A program made the translations under genes and the position numbers. DNA of 64,000 nt from an uncultured Bacillales bacterium (GTDB lineage Bacteria; Bacillota_I; Bacilli_A; RF39; UBA660). The stretch covers positions 12,932 through 76,931 of the forward strand of contig CAMKGA010000003.1 of assembly GCA_946412015.1 (NCBI GenBank), read 5' to 3'. Numbering within the stretch: position 1 is the first letter of the stretch; every line of letters begins with the position of its first letter. The notes below the pieces were generated by a model. That model did not search any database. It had not been told where the DNA came from and saw nothing but the letters and a program-made list of their open reading frames with translations. Shown one piece after another: positions 49,955 through 57,581 of the stretch.

Positions 49955-50554
49955 TTAGCACCAATCAAATTGAAATCCATATTTTTCTTCTATATCGTTT
50001 ACAATTTCATCATCTTGAGCTGACAAAAATATATCATTTTCAGATACAAACCCTATTGCTTTATCAGTATAACAATAAACACAATAATTACCATCAATTT
50101 CTGACATTTTAATAAAATTTTTGTTTAATATATCTAGGCATGATGTATCAGTTTGTACAATACAGTTTAAAAAGCCTGTCCCTTGTATAGCTAACAAATA
50201 TAAAATAAAATCTTTAATATCTAAATTAATCTCTTCCTTATAGTCATCAGTAAAATAAACTATCTTTTGATTTTTTACATTTAATCCATAACTACAAACT
50301 CCTTGATTTTCAACAGCAAGTGTTAATATATCATTTTTAACTTCTAACTTTTCTGGTGAAATAATGCTATACAAACATTCTAAAAAATCTGTTTTGTTCC
50401 CAAACATTATATAAAACACTTGTAATGGTTCTGGTATACTAATATTTAATTTTTTCTCAATTGAAACTATTTTATCTTTTTTTAAAATATTTTTATTATC
50501 TTGTTCAAAATAAATTTTACTTATTAATTCTAATTTTTCTTTAAAATTTTTCAT
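49955..50554 (-). CDS. SMI1/KNR4 (SUKH superfamily) immunity-type protein
   Basis: VSIEKKLNISIPEPLQVFYIMFGN... then NQGVCSYGLNVKNQKIVYF, the SUKH-type pattern. Confidence 0.7.
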   Translation of the reverse strand: MKNFKEKLELISKIYFEQDNKNILKKDKIVSIEKKLNISIPEPLQVFYIMFGNKTDFLECLYSIISPEKLEVKNDILTLAVENQGVCSYGLNVKNQKIVYFTDDYKEEINLDIKDFILYLLAIQGTGFLNCIVQTDTSCLDILNKNFIKMSEIDGNYCVYCYTDKAIGFVSENDIFLSAQDDEIVNDIEEKYGFQFDWC

Positions 50555-50583
50555 ATCATTATCTTTCCTATCTAATAATTTTA

Positions 50584-51231
50584 CTATTTATTCTTTTTAC
50601 TATATTTATTAAATTCATTAATAAAATCTTTAGGGCTGCGATTATTAACTGACAACAATTCAAAATTAGTAATATCTCTAATTTTAATACCATCAATTTC
50701 ATAATTCAAAAATTGTTCTAAACTCATAGCATCAGAAAAATTAATATAACAGTCTCCAATTTCTGCCTTTTCGTCTAAATCAGGAATTTTTTTTAATTGT
50801 GCTTCAAAATAGTAAATCTTACTATTAATTCTTACATACATTGCCATAAACCCGGCGAATGTTAAACTAAAGTCAAAAACTTCTTTAGGCATATTAACAT
50901 TATCATATTCAAAATGTTTTTGCTCACTTAAATATTTATATATTTTTTTAGCATAAAACAAATTTCGAAATGTCAAAAAAACTGTCGCTAAAAAGATTAA
51001 AACCATAATACCCACTAATATTATGGATAATCTTGCTAGGAATCCCAAAATCCAATCTAATTGTTTTACATCATTCTTCCACCTTACAATTGAAAAGAAA
51101 AAGAAAACTAATATTAAAATTAATATTTTATAAAAATCTTTTAAAAGATAATTTACATGCTTTTTTTTAATTTTTTTCTTATCTATTTGATATTCCTGCT
51201 GTAAATTAATCAAATATTCATCTTTATTCAT
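50584..51231 (-). CDS. hypothetical two-TM membrane protein (immunity-island member)
   Basis: Start set at the ATG at 51231 (AAGGAGATAATGAT-ATG). TM segments ILILILVFFFFSIV and LARLSIILVGIMVLIFLATVFLTF. Confidence 0.6.
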   Translation of the reverse strand: MNKDEYLINLQQEYQIDKKKIKKKHVNYLLKDFYKILILILVFFFFSIVRWKNDVKQLDWILGFLARLSIILVGIMVLIFLATVFLTFRNLFYAKKIYKYLSEQKHFEYDNVNMPKEVFDFSLTFAGFMAMYVRINSKIYYFEAQLKKIPDLDEKAEIGDCYINFSDAMSLEQFLNYEIDGIKIRDITNFELLSVNNRSPKDFINEFNKYSKKNK

Positions 51232-51244
51232 ATCATTATCTCCT

Positions 51245-52120
51245 TTATCTATTTCCTGACGCATACTCTAAAGTATTAACATCAATAACTTCTCGAATAG
51301 GTTGTATTAGCGAATCTTCATATTGTAACTTCCATTTTGTAATATTATTACTATCTTTATTTTTCAATCCATCAATTGTATCCCCATTTTTTATTGGATT
51401 ATCATTATCAAATATATATTTAAGAAAACTATATGCATGATTTATAATTTGATCTGGATTAATGGCATGAAAATGATACTGTAAATCGGGCATAAAAAGT
51501 GTACTCATACCTAATGTATCAACCAGCATATCATTTGTTCCAGTAATATTAAAGTATCTCATATTAACAGCATAATGAATAAAGCGATGTTCTTTAGATA
51601 TCTTACAATTTACTATATCTTCCCTTTTTAACATTTTTTTTGATGTATCAAATACTACTGCTTTACATGTTGGATATAATTCAACTAAAGCTTCAATATA
51701 TTCAACTAACATGTTAGCTCTAACTTTATAATTTAAAAAGTCAGCTAAAAAGTCTGTTGCAACTACTTGATAATTACAACTATCTAAGATATCTATTCCA
51801 TTTTCAACATCCCATAATTGTGTTTTCGCAATATCGTCCATAATTGGTTCGTTAATTTCTACACACTCTGATATTAAAAGATGTACGGGAAGATCAATTT
51901 CTTTTTCATTCTTAATTAGATATTTTTTAGATACAAAATCTACCACTTTTTTATCATAATGCATACATTCAACATTTTCAAGGTGCTTATTCATTATTTC
52001 TATCATATTATCTCGATTTGGCATATCACAAGGCTTACCCATAAGTAAACGAATAACAAATACAGATCCTGGTCTTTCTCCTAAATCACTTAAATCCTGT
52101 TTTAATTCTTTTTCTTTCAA
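51245..52120 (-). CDS. immunity-island protein, possibly DUF4261-like
   Basis: TLGMSTLFMPDLQYHFHAINPDQIINHAYSFLKYIFDNDNPIKNGDTIDG. The family name is recalled only tentatively. Confidence 0.5.
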   Translation of the reverse strand: MKEKELKQDLSDLGERPGSVFVIRLLMGKPCDMPNRDNMIEIMNKHLENVECMHYDKKVVDFVSKKYLIKNEKEIDLPVHLLISECVEINEPIMDDIAKTQLWDVENGIDILDSCNYQVVATDFLADFLNYKVRANMLVEYIEALVELYPTCKAVVFDTSKKMLKREDIVNCKISKEHRFIHYAVNMRYFNITGTNDMLVDTLGMSTLFMPDLQYHFHAINPDQIINHAYSFLKYIFDNDNPIKNGDTIDGLKNKDSNNITKWKLQYEDSLIQPIREVIDVNTLEYASGNR

Positions 52121-52131
52121 AATGTCATCAC

Positions 52132-52527
52132 CTAATTTTTTAATATTTCTTCTAATGTAGTATCTTTATCATTTTTTAAATCATAAAAACCTGTAAAATT
52201 GCCTTTTTTATCATACATCCAACATAAATCTGTACCATATGGTGCATCAAATATTTTAAGTATCAATGGATTAATTTTATTAATCGATGTTGCAGATAAA
52301 ATCATAAAGTTATCTGGATTATTAACATATTCCTGTGTATCATCACATGAATATATTGTCCAACCATTTAAGCTCTCATTTGAACTTTTCTCTCTATACG
52401 TATATCTTATAGGCCTATTTGCACATACATTCTTTGATACCATAAATCCTCCATAAGCACTATCATTTATATCATCATTTACATAATTATTTATTGCATT
52501 TTGTTTTGCTTTTTTATTAAAAAACAT
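52132..52527 (-). CDS. DUF2185/Imm33-like immunity-type protein
   Basis: VSKNVCANRPIRYTYREKSSNESLNGWTIYSCDDTQEYVNNPDNFMILSATSINKINPLILKIF parallels the C-terminus of 48702-49493. Confidence 0.7.
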   Translation of the reverse strand: MFFNKKAKQNAINNYVNDDINDSAYGGFMVSKNVCANRPIRYTYREKSSNESLNGWTIYSCDDTQEYVNNPDNFMILSATSINKINPLILKIFDAPYGTDLCWMYDKKGNFTGFYDLKNDKDTTLEEILKN

Positions 52528-52590
52528 ATTTTTTACCTTCTTTCATTATTAATCTTTAAAATATTCATCCATTATAATCGTCTCCTTAAA

Positions 52591-52917
52591 CTATTTTTCA
52601 AACGGACAAACTATAGTTTGATTATTAACTGTATCATTATACTCAGCTTTCCAATAATGTCTATCATTTATATTTCTATAAACTACACTTTCTAAATCAT
52701 TTTTTATTTCTGCTTTAAATGGATACTCTAAAAAAATAAAAATTGAATCATCAGGTATATTTGTAAATCTACCCTTATATATTTCTTTGATTTTATTACC
52801 ACATTTTAATTCATTATCTAATATTTCTTTCATAGTATTGCTTAATTCATTAATAAGTGAATAGTCCAGTTCCTTAGAAAGAATATCTTTAGTATTCTTT
52901 TTTTTAAATAACCACAT
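52591..52917 (-). CDS. hypothetical protein (first gene of immunity island)
   Basis: 108-aa ORF starting 12 nt after the SEDS gene stop. No motif recognised. Confidence 0.5.
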   Translation of the reverse strand: MWLFKKKNTKDILSKELDYSLINELSNTMKEILDNELKCGNKIKEIYKGRFTNIPDDSIFIFLEYPFKAEIKNDLESVVYRNINDRHYWKAEYNDTVNNQTIVCPFEK

Positions 52918-52929
52918 ATCTATTATAAC

Positions 52930-54063
52930 CTACTTTCCAGTTTCAATACTTACTCTTTGTACTAGTGCAATAGATATTAATAATGATAATGTAAAACTAC
53001 CTCCATAGGATAAAAATGGAAGTGGTACACCAGTTAAAGGAATAAGGCCAAATAACCCTCCTAAGTTGATTGCAATATGCATAAATATGTATGTTGCAAC
53101 TCCAATACAAGTATACTTATTTTTTATAGAGTTAGTCATTCTAGAAAGTCTAAGTATTCTATATATAAGTATAATATAGTTTAAAAATATAATGCTTCCC
53201 CCAATAAGACCGTTCTCTTCAGAAATTATAGAAAATACCATATCAGTATGAGGTTCTGGTATATAAGAATACTTTTGTGTACTCTTTCCTATTCCAAGCC
53301 CAAATACATTACCTTTATTAATAGCTATAAAAGCATTACAAATCTGATATCCTGTTGTAGAATAATTAGCACATGGATTACGATAATCAAATCTTGATAA
53401 CTGAGCTTTAGTAAGTGGATTCCCTTTAATAATAAATATTCCAAGAATTCCTATAAACATTAATATAATACCAATAACAATTGTTTTAAACTTATCATTT
53501 GATGTAATTGGACTAGTTAAATATATTACAAAATATATAACTGCTAATATTGCTGCCGTTCCTAAATCCTTTTGCAAACATACAAGTAGTATTAATGGAA
53601 TACCAATTAATAATATAATAATTAAGTACTTTAAGTGACTTACTTTTTCACTAACTAAAACTTTATTAAACTTCTCAAGCATAAATGATAATGTAACTAT
53701 CATAATTGGCTTTGCCAGTTCACTAGGCTGCAAATTAAAAAAGCCAAGCTGAATCCAGTTTGCTGCACCTCTAGTAGTTCCACCTTGAAATATTAAAAAA
53801 GCATTTAAAAATAGTATTCCAAAAAATAGAATTGGTATAAAATTATAATACCGTTTTAAAGGGATATTAATTACTATTACACTTGCAACAAACGATATAA
53901 CAAGAATAGCTAAATGCCTATAAAAATAATAATATAATGACTTGTCTAAATGAATAACTGCTTCTCTACTTGATGCAGTAACAATATTAAAAAGTCCATA
54001 CAAACTAAGTAAAATAGTAATAAATAATATAACTTTATCCATATCTTTTAGTGTCTTTCTCAT
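52930..54063 (-). CDS. SEDS-family peptidoglycan polymerase (FtsW/RodA/SpoVE)
   Basis: About 10 TM segments. Motifs include GAANWIQLGFFNLQPSELAKP, YIPEPHTDMVFSIISEENG and LPFLSYGGS. Confidence 0.9.
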   Translation of the reverse strand: MRKTLKDMDKVILFITILLSLYGLFNIVTASSREAVIHLDKSLYYYFYRHLAILVISFVASVIVINIPLKRYYNFIPILFFGILFLNAFLIFQGGTTRGAANWIQLGFFNLQPSELAKPIMIVTLSFMLEKFNKVLVSEKVSHLKYLIIILLIGIPLILLVCLQKDLGTAAILAVIYFVIYLTSPITSNDKFKTIVIGIILMFIGILGIFIIKGNPLTKAQLSRFDYRNPCANYSTTGYQICNAFIAINKGNVFGLGIGKSTQKYSYIPEPHTDMVFSIISEENGLIGGSIIFLNYIILIYRILRLSRMTNSIKNKYTCIGVATYIFMHIAINLGGLFGLIPLTGVPLPFLSYGGSFTLSLLISIALVQRVSIETGK

Positions 54064-54185
54064 TTTACCACCTATTTTAATTTTAACATATATTATTTTG
54101 TTTTACAACAAATCAAAATAGGTATTTTTGATGAGCAAATTAATAATTATGTAATACAATATATTGAATAGATAGGAGGTATTAT

Positions 54186-54356
54186 ATGTATTACTATGGT
54201 GGATACCAAGGCTATGGTGGAGCACCAGGATATGGTTGTTGTAACCAAGGAGGATACTCTACAGGTTACGGTGCAGCTATAATCCTAGTATTATTTATTC
54301 TTTTAGTAATTGTAATTGGTGCACGCACTTGGGGCGGAAATAACTTTAATAATTAA
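54186..54356 (+). CDS. 56-aa YjcZ-like Gly/Tyr-rich small membrane (sporulation-type) protein
   Basis: AGGAGGTATTAT-ATG. Translates to MYYYGGYQGYGGAPGYGCCNQGGYSTGYGAAIILVLFILLVIVIGARTWGGNNFNN. Below the ORF-track cutoff. Confidence 0.7.
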   Translation: MYYYGGYQGYGGAPGYGCCNQGGYSTGYGAAIILVLFILLVIVIGARTWGGNNFNN

Positions 54357-54360
54357 TAAG

Positions 54361-54390
54361 AAAACACTATCATTTTTTTGATAGTGTTTT
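54361..54390. terminator. bidirectional terminator (perfect 12-bp stem)
   Basis: AAAACACTATCA-TTTTTT-TGATAGTGTTTT, flanked by A- and T-runs. Lies between the convergent 54186-54356 (+) and 54389-54685 (-) genes. Confidence 0.8.
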
Positions 54391-54685
54391 AATTATTGTT
54401 TACCTTGTATTTTTTCAATTCATCATCAACCATTTTGATATAACTATTATAATCATCTGTCATATATCCAATATGATATATTTTTTTTACAACTTCTTTA
54501 TTAAATACAATTGTCTCTTGATGTGATGAAAATCCATAAGGATAAACTACAGCATAGTAATCATAAGGTTTTTTTGTTTTACTATTTATAGGAGAATATC
54601 CAATAATCATAAATTTGTTTTCATTGAACCTAATTGAAACAACAGAGCCAACCGGTAACCAATCGTTTTCTAAATCAAAACTCAT
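54389..54685 (-). CDS. DUF4176-family protein (paralog 3)
   Basis: DWLPVGSVVSIRFNENKFMIIGYSPINSKTKKPYDYYAVVYPYGFSSHQETIVFNKEVVKKIYHIGY. Start set at the ATG at 54685 (GGAGGAATTG-ATG). Confidence 0.75.
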   Translation of the reverse strand: MSFDLENDWLPVGSVVSIRFNENKFMIIGYSPINSKTKKPYDYYAVVYPYGFSSHQETIVFNKEVVKKIYHIGYMTDDYNSYIKMVDDELKKYKVNNN

Positions 54686-54932
54686 CAATTCCTCCATTTT
54701 TAACAATTTCTTTTATTTCTGAAAATTCTACAATTAACTCTTTTGCAAGATTATCAGATTTTACTCTTTCAAATATCCACCCATCATCTTTTCTAATTAA
54801 CTTACAAAAATATCCACATTCACTTTCTTCATCTACAAGAAAAGCGTACCAATCTCCATTAAACATTTTTACATCATAAACATATAAATCGTTTTCACCA
54901 TTACTTATATATTGCCCTTTTTCTATATTCAT
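54675..54932 (-). CDS. hypothetical 85-aa cytoplasmic protein in toxin-like operon
   Basis: ORF overlapping both neighbours. MNIEKGQYISNGENDLYVYDVKMFNGDWYAFLVDEE... No motif recognised. Confidence 0.6.
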   Translation of the reverse strand: MNIEKGQYISNGENDLYVYDVKMFNGDWYAFLVDEESECGYFCKLIRKDDGWIFERVKSDNLAKELIVEFSEIKEIVKNGGIDEF

Positions 54933-55312
54933 TTCTTTTTTCCACCTACTTCATAATCATCATCATAATCATCATCATAATCATCATCATAATCATCATA
55001 GTCTTTATTTTCCTTTTTATGAAATATATCTGGCTTCACTGCCTTAAAAAATGATGCAAATCCAACTACTCCAAGTGCTAATAATGGACCGTCTAAAGCA
55101 ATTTCTGCAAAAATATCATTTCTAGGTATTTCAAAAATTGCAGGAATAGATCCATATACAATCATAGAAGCACAACATATAAGAAATCTTTTTATGTTCT
55201 TCCCAAAATCATTTTTTTTTGCTTTCTTTTTAAAATCTTTTATTTGTTTATCTGTCATATAAAATGTATCTATAACCTCGTGATTATTTAAATTCATTTT
55301 CCCATTTTTCAT
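54929..55312 (-). CDS. two-TM membrane protein with poly-(Asp/Tyr) acidic C-terminal tail; candidate immunity protein
   Basis: TM segments FLICCASMIVYGSIPAIF and LLALGVVGFASFF. Tail is KDYDDYDDDYDDDYDDDYEVGGKKK. Confidence 0.7.
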   Translation of the reverse strand: MKNGKMNLNNHEVIDTFYMTDKQIKDFKKKAKKNDFGKNIKRFLICCASMIVYGSIPAIFEIPRNDIFAEIALDGPLLALGVVGFASFFKAVKPDIFHKKENKDYDDYDDDYDDDYDDDYEVGGKKK

Positions 55313-55581
55313 TGTTTTTTCTCCTTTTTAGCTACAACTTCTAACATTTCTTTATATTTTTTATCCTTATATCCATTATAATAAATCAATTTTATATCAT
55401 CTGAATTAAAAACATAATTTTTTTCTTTGGTTAAAAAACCTTCCGGATATGTATATCCAATGTAATCATATCTTTCCCCTGGCTTACTTGGATCAGTTGC
55501 ACCATACCCTATTATAAAAAACTTTTTATCTGTACCATTTAATTTTACAACAGTTCCTATTGGTAAATATTTATCATTCAT
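55309..55581 (-). CDS. DUF4176-family protein (paralog 2)
   Basis: KYLPIGTVVKLNGTDKKFFIIGYGATDPSKPGERYDYIGYTYPEGFLTKEKNYVFNSDDIKLIYYNGY. The ATG at 55581 is preferred over the GTG at 55593. Confidence 0.75.
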   Translation of the reverse strand: MNDKYLPIGTVVKLNGTDKKFFIIGYGATDPSKPGERYDYIGYTYPEGFLTKEKNYVFNSDDIKLIYYNGYKDKKYKEMLEVVAKKEKKQ

Positions 55582-55861
55582 TTTTTTCACCACTCTTTTT
55601 CATAGCCCATAAAACATCTTCATAATATTCTTCTAATTCCTTATCAGCAAATCCCAAATGATATACTTTTTCAATATTATCATTATTAAACATAAATAAC
55701 TCATCAGAATTTAAATAGCCATAAGGATAAAGGCAGGCACTATATTCATATATTTTTTTATTTTCACTTGAAATTTGATTAACACCAATTATCATAAGTT
55801 TCCTCGTTCCTTTTTTCAAAGAAACTAAACTACCTATTGGTAATAAAGAAATATTTTTCAT
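55574..55861 (-). CDS. DUF4176-family protein (paralog 1)
   Basis: LLPIGSLVSLKKGTRKLMIIGVNQISSENKKIYEYSACLYPYGYLNSDELFMFNNDNIEKVYHLGF. Confidence 0.75.
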   Translation of the reverse strand: MKNISLLPIGSLVSLKKGTRKLMIIGVNQISSENKKIYEYSACLYPYGYLNSDELFMFNNDNIEKVYHLGFADKELEEYYEDVLWAMKKSGEKNE

Positions 55862-55880
55862 AAATTATACACCTTCCATA

Positions 55881-57317
55881 TCATCCAAATAAAGATCCAA
55901 AAATATTGGTTCCAAATGAGCCAATGGCGCCAAGAGCTTCTTCGGCTAAATTTTTAACATTATTAACAGCACCAGATACATCGATAGAAAAACCAAATTC
56001 AAAACCAATACCAAGTGCTAGTCCTATTTTAAAATTAAATTTACCATCTACAAGTCCAGCATTGAATTGAGCCCCAGCTCCAATTTTAACTTTTCCAGCA
56101 GCTTGTATTCCAAGTCCACCTAAATTAATATTCGCACTTCCTCCTGCACTACATAGCTCTGCATTCGCTTCCAACTTAACACCTGCATCTACTTTCCACT
56201 TCCCATTTTCATCTTTATAAACTCCGAAAGACCCAGAAGCTGAAGCATCTGCAGCTAAAGCATTTGCTTCACCATTGATTCCTGCAGAAGCTACTTCATA
56301 ACTTTTACCATTAATCTCAGCTGTTCTAGCAAATCCTGCTTCGCCTTCAACATGAACTACGGAAGCTTCAACGTTTGCACCTATATTAATATTAGACGGT
56401 CCAATTTCCCAATTACCATTAGCTTCTGCGTGAAGAAAGTCTGCTTCTCCTCTTAAATTAAAAGTAGTAGTTCCCAGTTCATCATGCCAATCTTTTTTTA
56501 CGTGTCCTTCAGCTTGCAATAAGTTAAATTCTGCATGACCATCAGATAACTCATAAGCTCCAACTCCTACAGACATTCCTTCATTTTCATTATAATCATC
56601 TGATTTTATACTTCCGCCCAAATAATCCTTCTGATCTTCTTCTACTTCCCATAAACCACCACCTGCAATTGTGTACCAACTTTTTTTAGGCCTAAAACCA
56701 GGTATGTAATCTGAATCTCCACGAACTACATTAACATTTCTTCCTTCTTTAACTAAATCCTTTAACTTACTATTTTTTTTATTATCTTTAAGTTCTTGTC
56801 GCATACTTTTTTTACCGTGTTTATAATTAATTGCATCCTTTACACCGAACTTATCACTAGAGTCTCTAATGCTTTTATAATCTTTATTGTCATAATCATA
56901 CTTTTTTGCATAATCTTTTCTCGCTTTTTTATATTTTTTCATATGAGTAATATAGTCGCTTTGATCATGTTCTATAAAAAAGTTACCTCTTCTATTTAAT
57001 GCATTACCGCCAATTTGTGCCACTACAAATATGTTATGTGGATTATGTATATTTTTTTTTAAAATTTTATCTCTATTTACATTTCTCAATCCAGCATCAA
57101 CATATGTCATTTTAATATGATTCTCTATAAAATCTATAATATCTTTATTTCTTTGTACACCAGGATCAAATACATCTGTATTATAATCTAAATCCTCATA
57201 ATCCTGAGTTTGAGGCATTATAAATTCTTCATTTTTCGTTTTAGAATTATTATAATTTTTTATATTTAATGCATTAGTATTACGTAAATTAATGTTTTGA
57301 ACAGCAGAGCTAGCCAT
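55881..57317 (-). CDS. 478-aa candidate secreted membrane-active toxin: unrecognised N-terminal region + Ala/Gly/Glu beta-repeat region + C-terminal glycine zipper
   Basis: Start at the ATG at 57317 (GGAGGGTGATGAC-ATG, reads MASSAVQN). No signal peptide. The C-terminal ~230 aa has about 7 units with paired (A/V)E(A/G) motifs (GHAEFNLLQAEGHV, GEADFLHAEANG, GANVEASVVHVEGEAG, INGEANALAADASASG, GVKLEANAELCSAGG). It ends KIGLALGIGFEFGFSIDVSG...GAIGSFGTNIFGSLFG. Confidence 0.6.
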   Translation of the reverse strand: MASSAVQNINLRNTNALNIKNYNNSKTKNEEFIMPQTQDYEDLDYNTDVFDPGVQRNKDIIDFIENHIKMTYVDAGLRNVNRDKILKKNIHNPHNIFVVAQIGGNALNRRGNFFIEHDQSDYITHMKKYKKARKDYAKKYDYDNKDYKSIRDSSDKFGVKDAINYKHGKKSMRQELKDNKKNSKLKDLVKEGRNVNVVRGDSDYIPGFRPKKSWYTIAGGGLWEVEEDQKDYLGGSIKSDDYNENEGMSVGVGAYELSDGHAEFNLLQAEGHVKKDWHDELGTTTFNLRGEADFLHAEANGNWEIGPSNINIGANVEASVVHVEGEAGFARTAEINGKSYEVASAGINGEANALAADASASGSFGVYKDENGKWKVDAGVKLEANAELCSAGGSANINLGGLGIQAAGKVKIGAGAQFNAGLVDGKFNFKIGLALGIGFEFGFSIDVSGAVNNVKNLAEEALGAIGSFGTNIFGSLFG

Positions 57318-57362
57318 GTCATCACCCTCCAGCCATATCATTACCCTAGCTATTATACGTTA

Positions 57363-57391
57363 AGTATATCACAGCCTGATAACATTGTCAA
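57363..57391 (-). promoter_or_regulatory. near-consensus sigma-A promoter of the toxin-like operon
   Basis: Minus strand TTGACA (57386-57391), 17 nt spacer, TATACT (57363-57368), about 45 nt upstream of the ATG at 57317. Confidence 0.7.
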
Positions 57392-57400
57392 CAAAGATTT

Positions 57401-57436
57401 ACATATTGGATAGTGTTTACATATTGGATAGTGTTT
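57401..57436. repeat. perfect 18-bp tandem direct repeat (x2) immediately upstream of the -35 box; candidate activator/operator site
   Basis: ACATATTGGATAGTGTTT ACATATTGGATAGTGTTT. On the minus strand this reads AAACACTATCCAATATGT twice. Confidence 0.85.
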
Positions 57437-57581
57437 ACACAAATAATTGATTTTTTAAATCAAGATTTGCTCAATATAAATTTATAAATATTTGACATAT
57501 ATCTATTAATATTATAAGAATTATAACCATTATTGATTTTTATTTTTTTTAATTGTATGTTATAATGTTTTCGGTGGTTTT

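Noticed and set aside
41320-52917. Immunity array as a prophage, ICE or transposon.
   Set aside because: No integrase, transposase, terminal inverted repeats, tRNA attachment site or phage structural genes were recognised in or around it.
54361-54390. AAACACTATC in both arms of the terminator hairpin as an additional operator for the motif at 57408/58987.
   Set aside because: The stem is fully explained as a bidirectional terminator. The shorter AACACTATC also occurs inside era (about 29013) and trmB (about 23634), so a chance match cannot be excluded.
57401-57436. 18-bp direct repeats as a possible CRISPR array.
   Set aside because: There are only two contiguous copies with no spacer and no cas genes. 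Their position just upstream of a -35 box fits a regulatory site instead.
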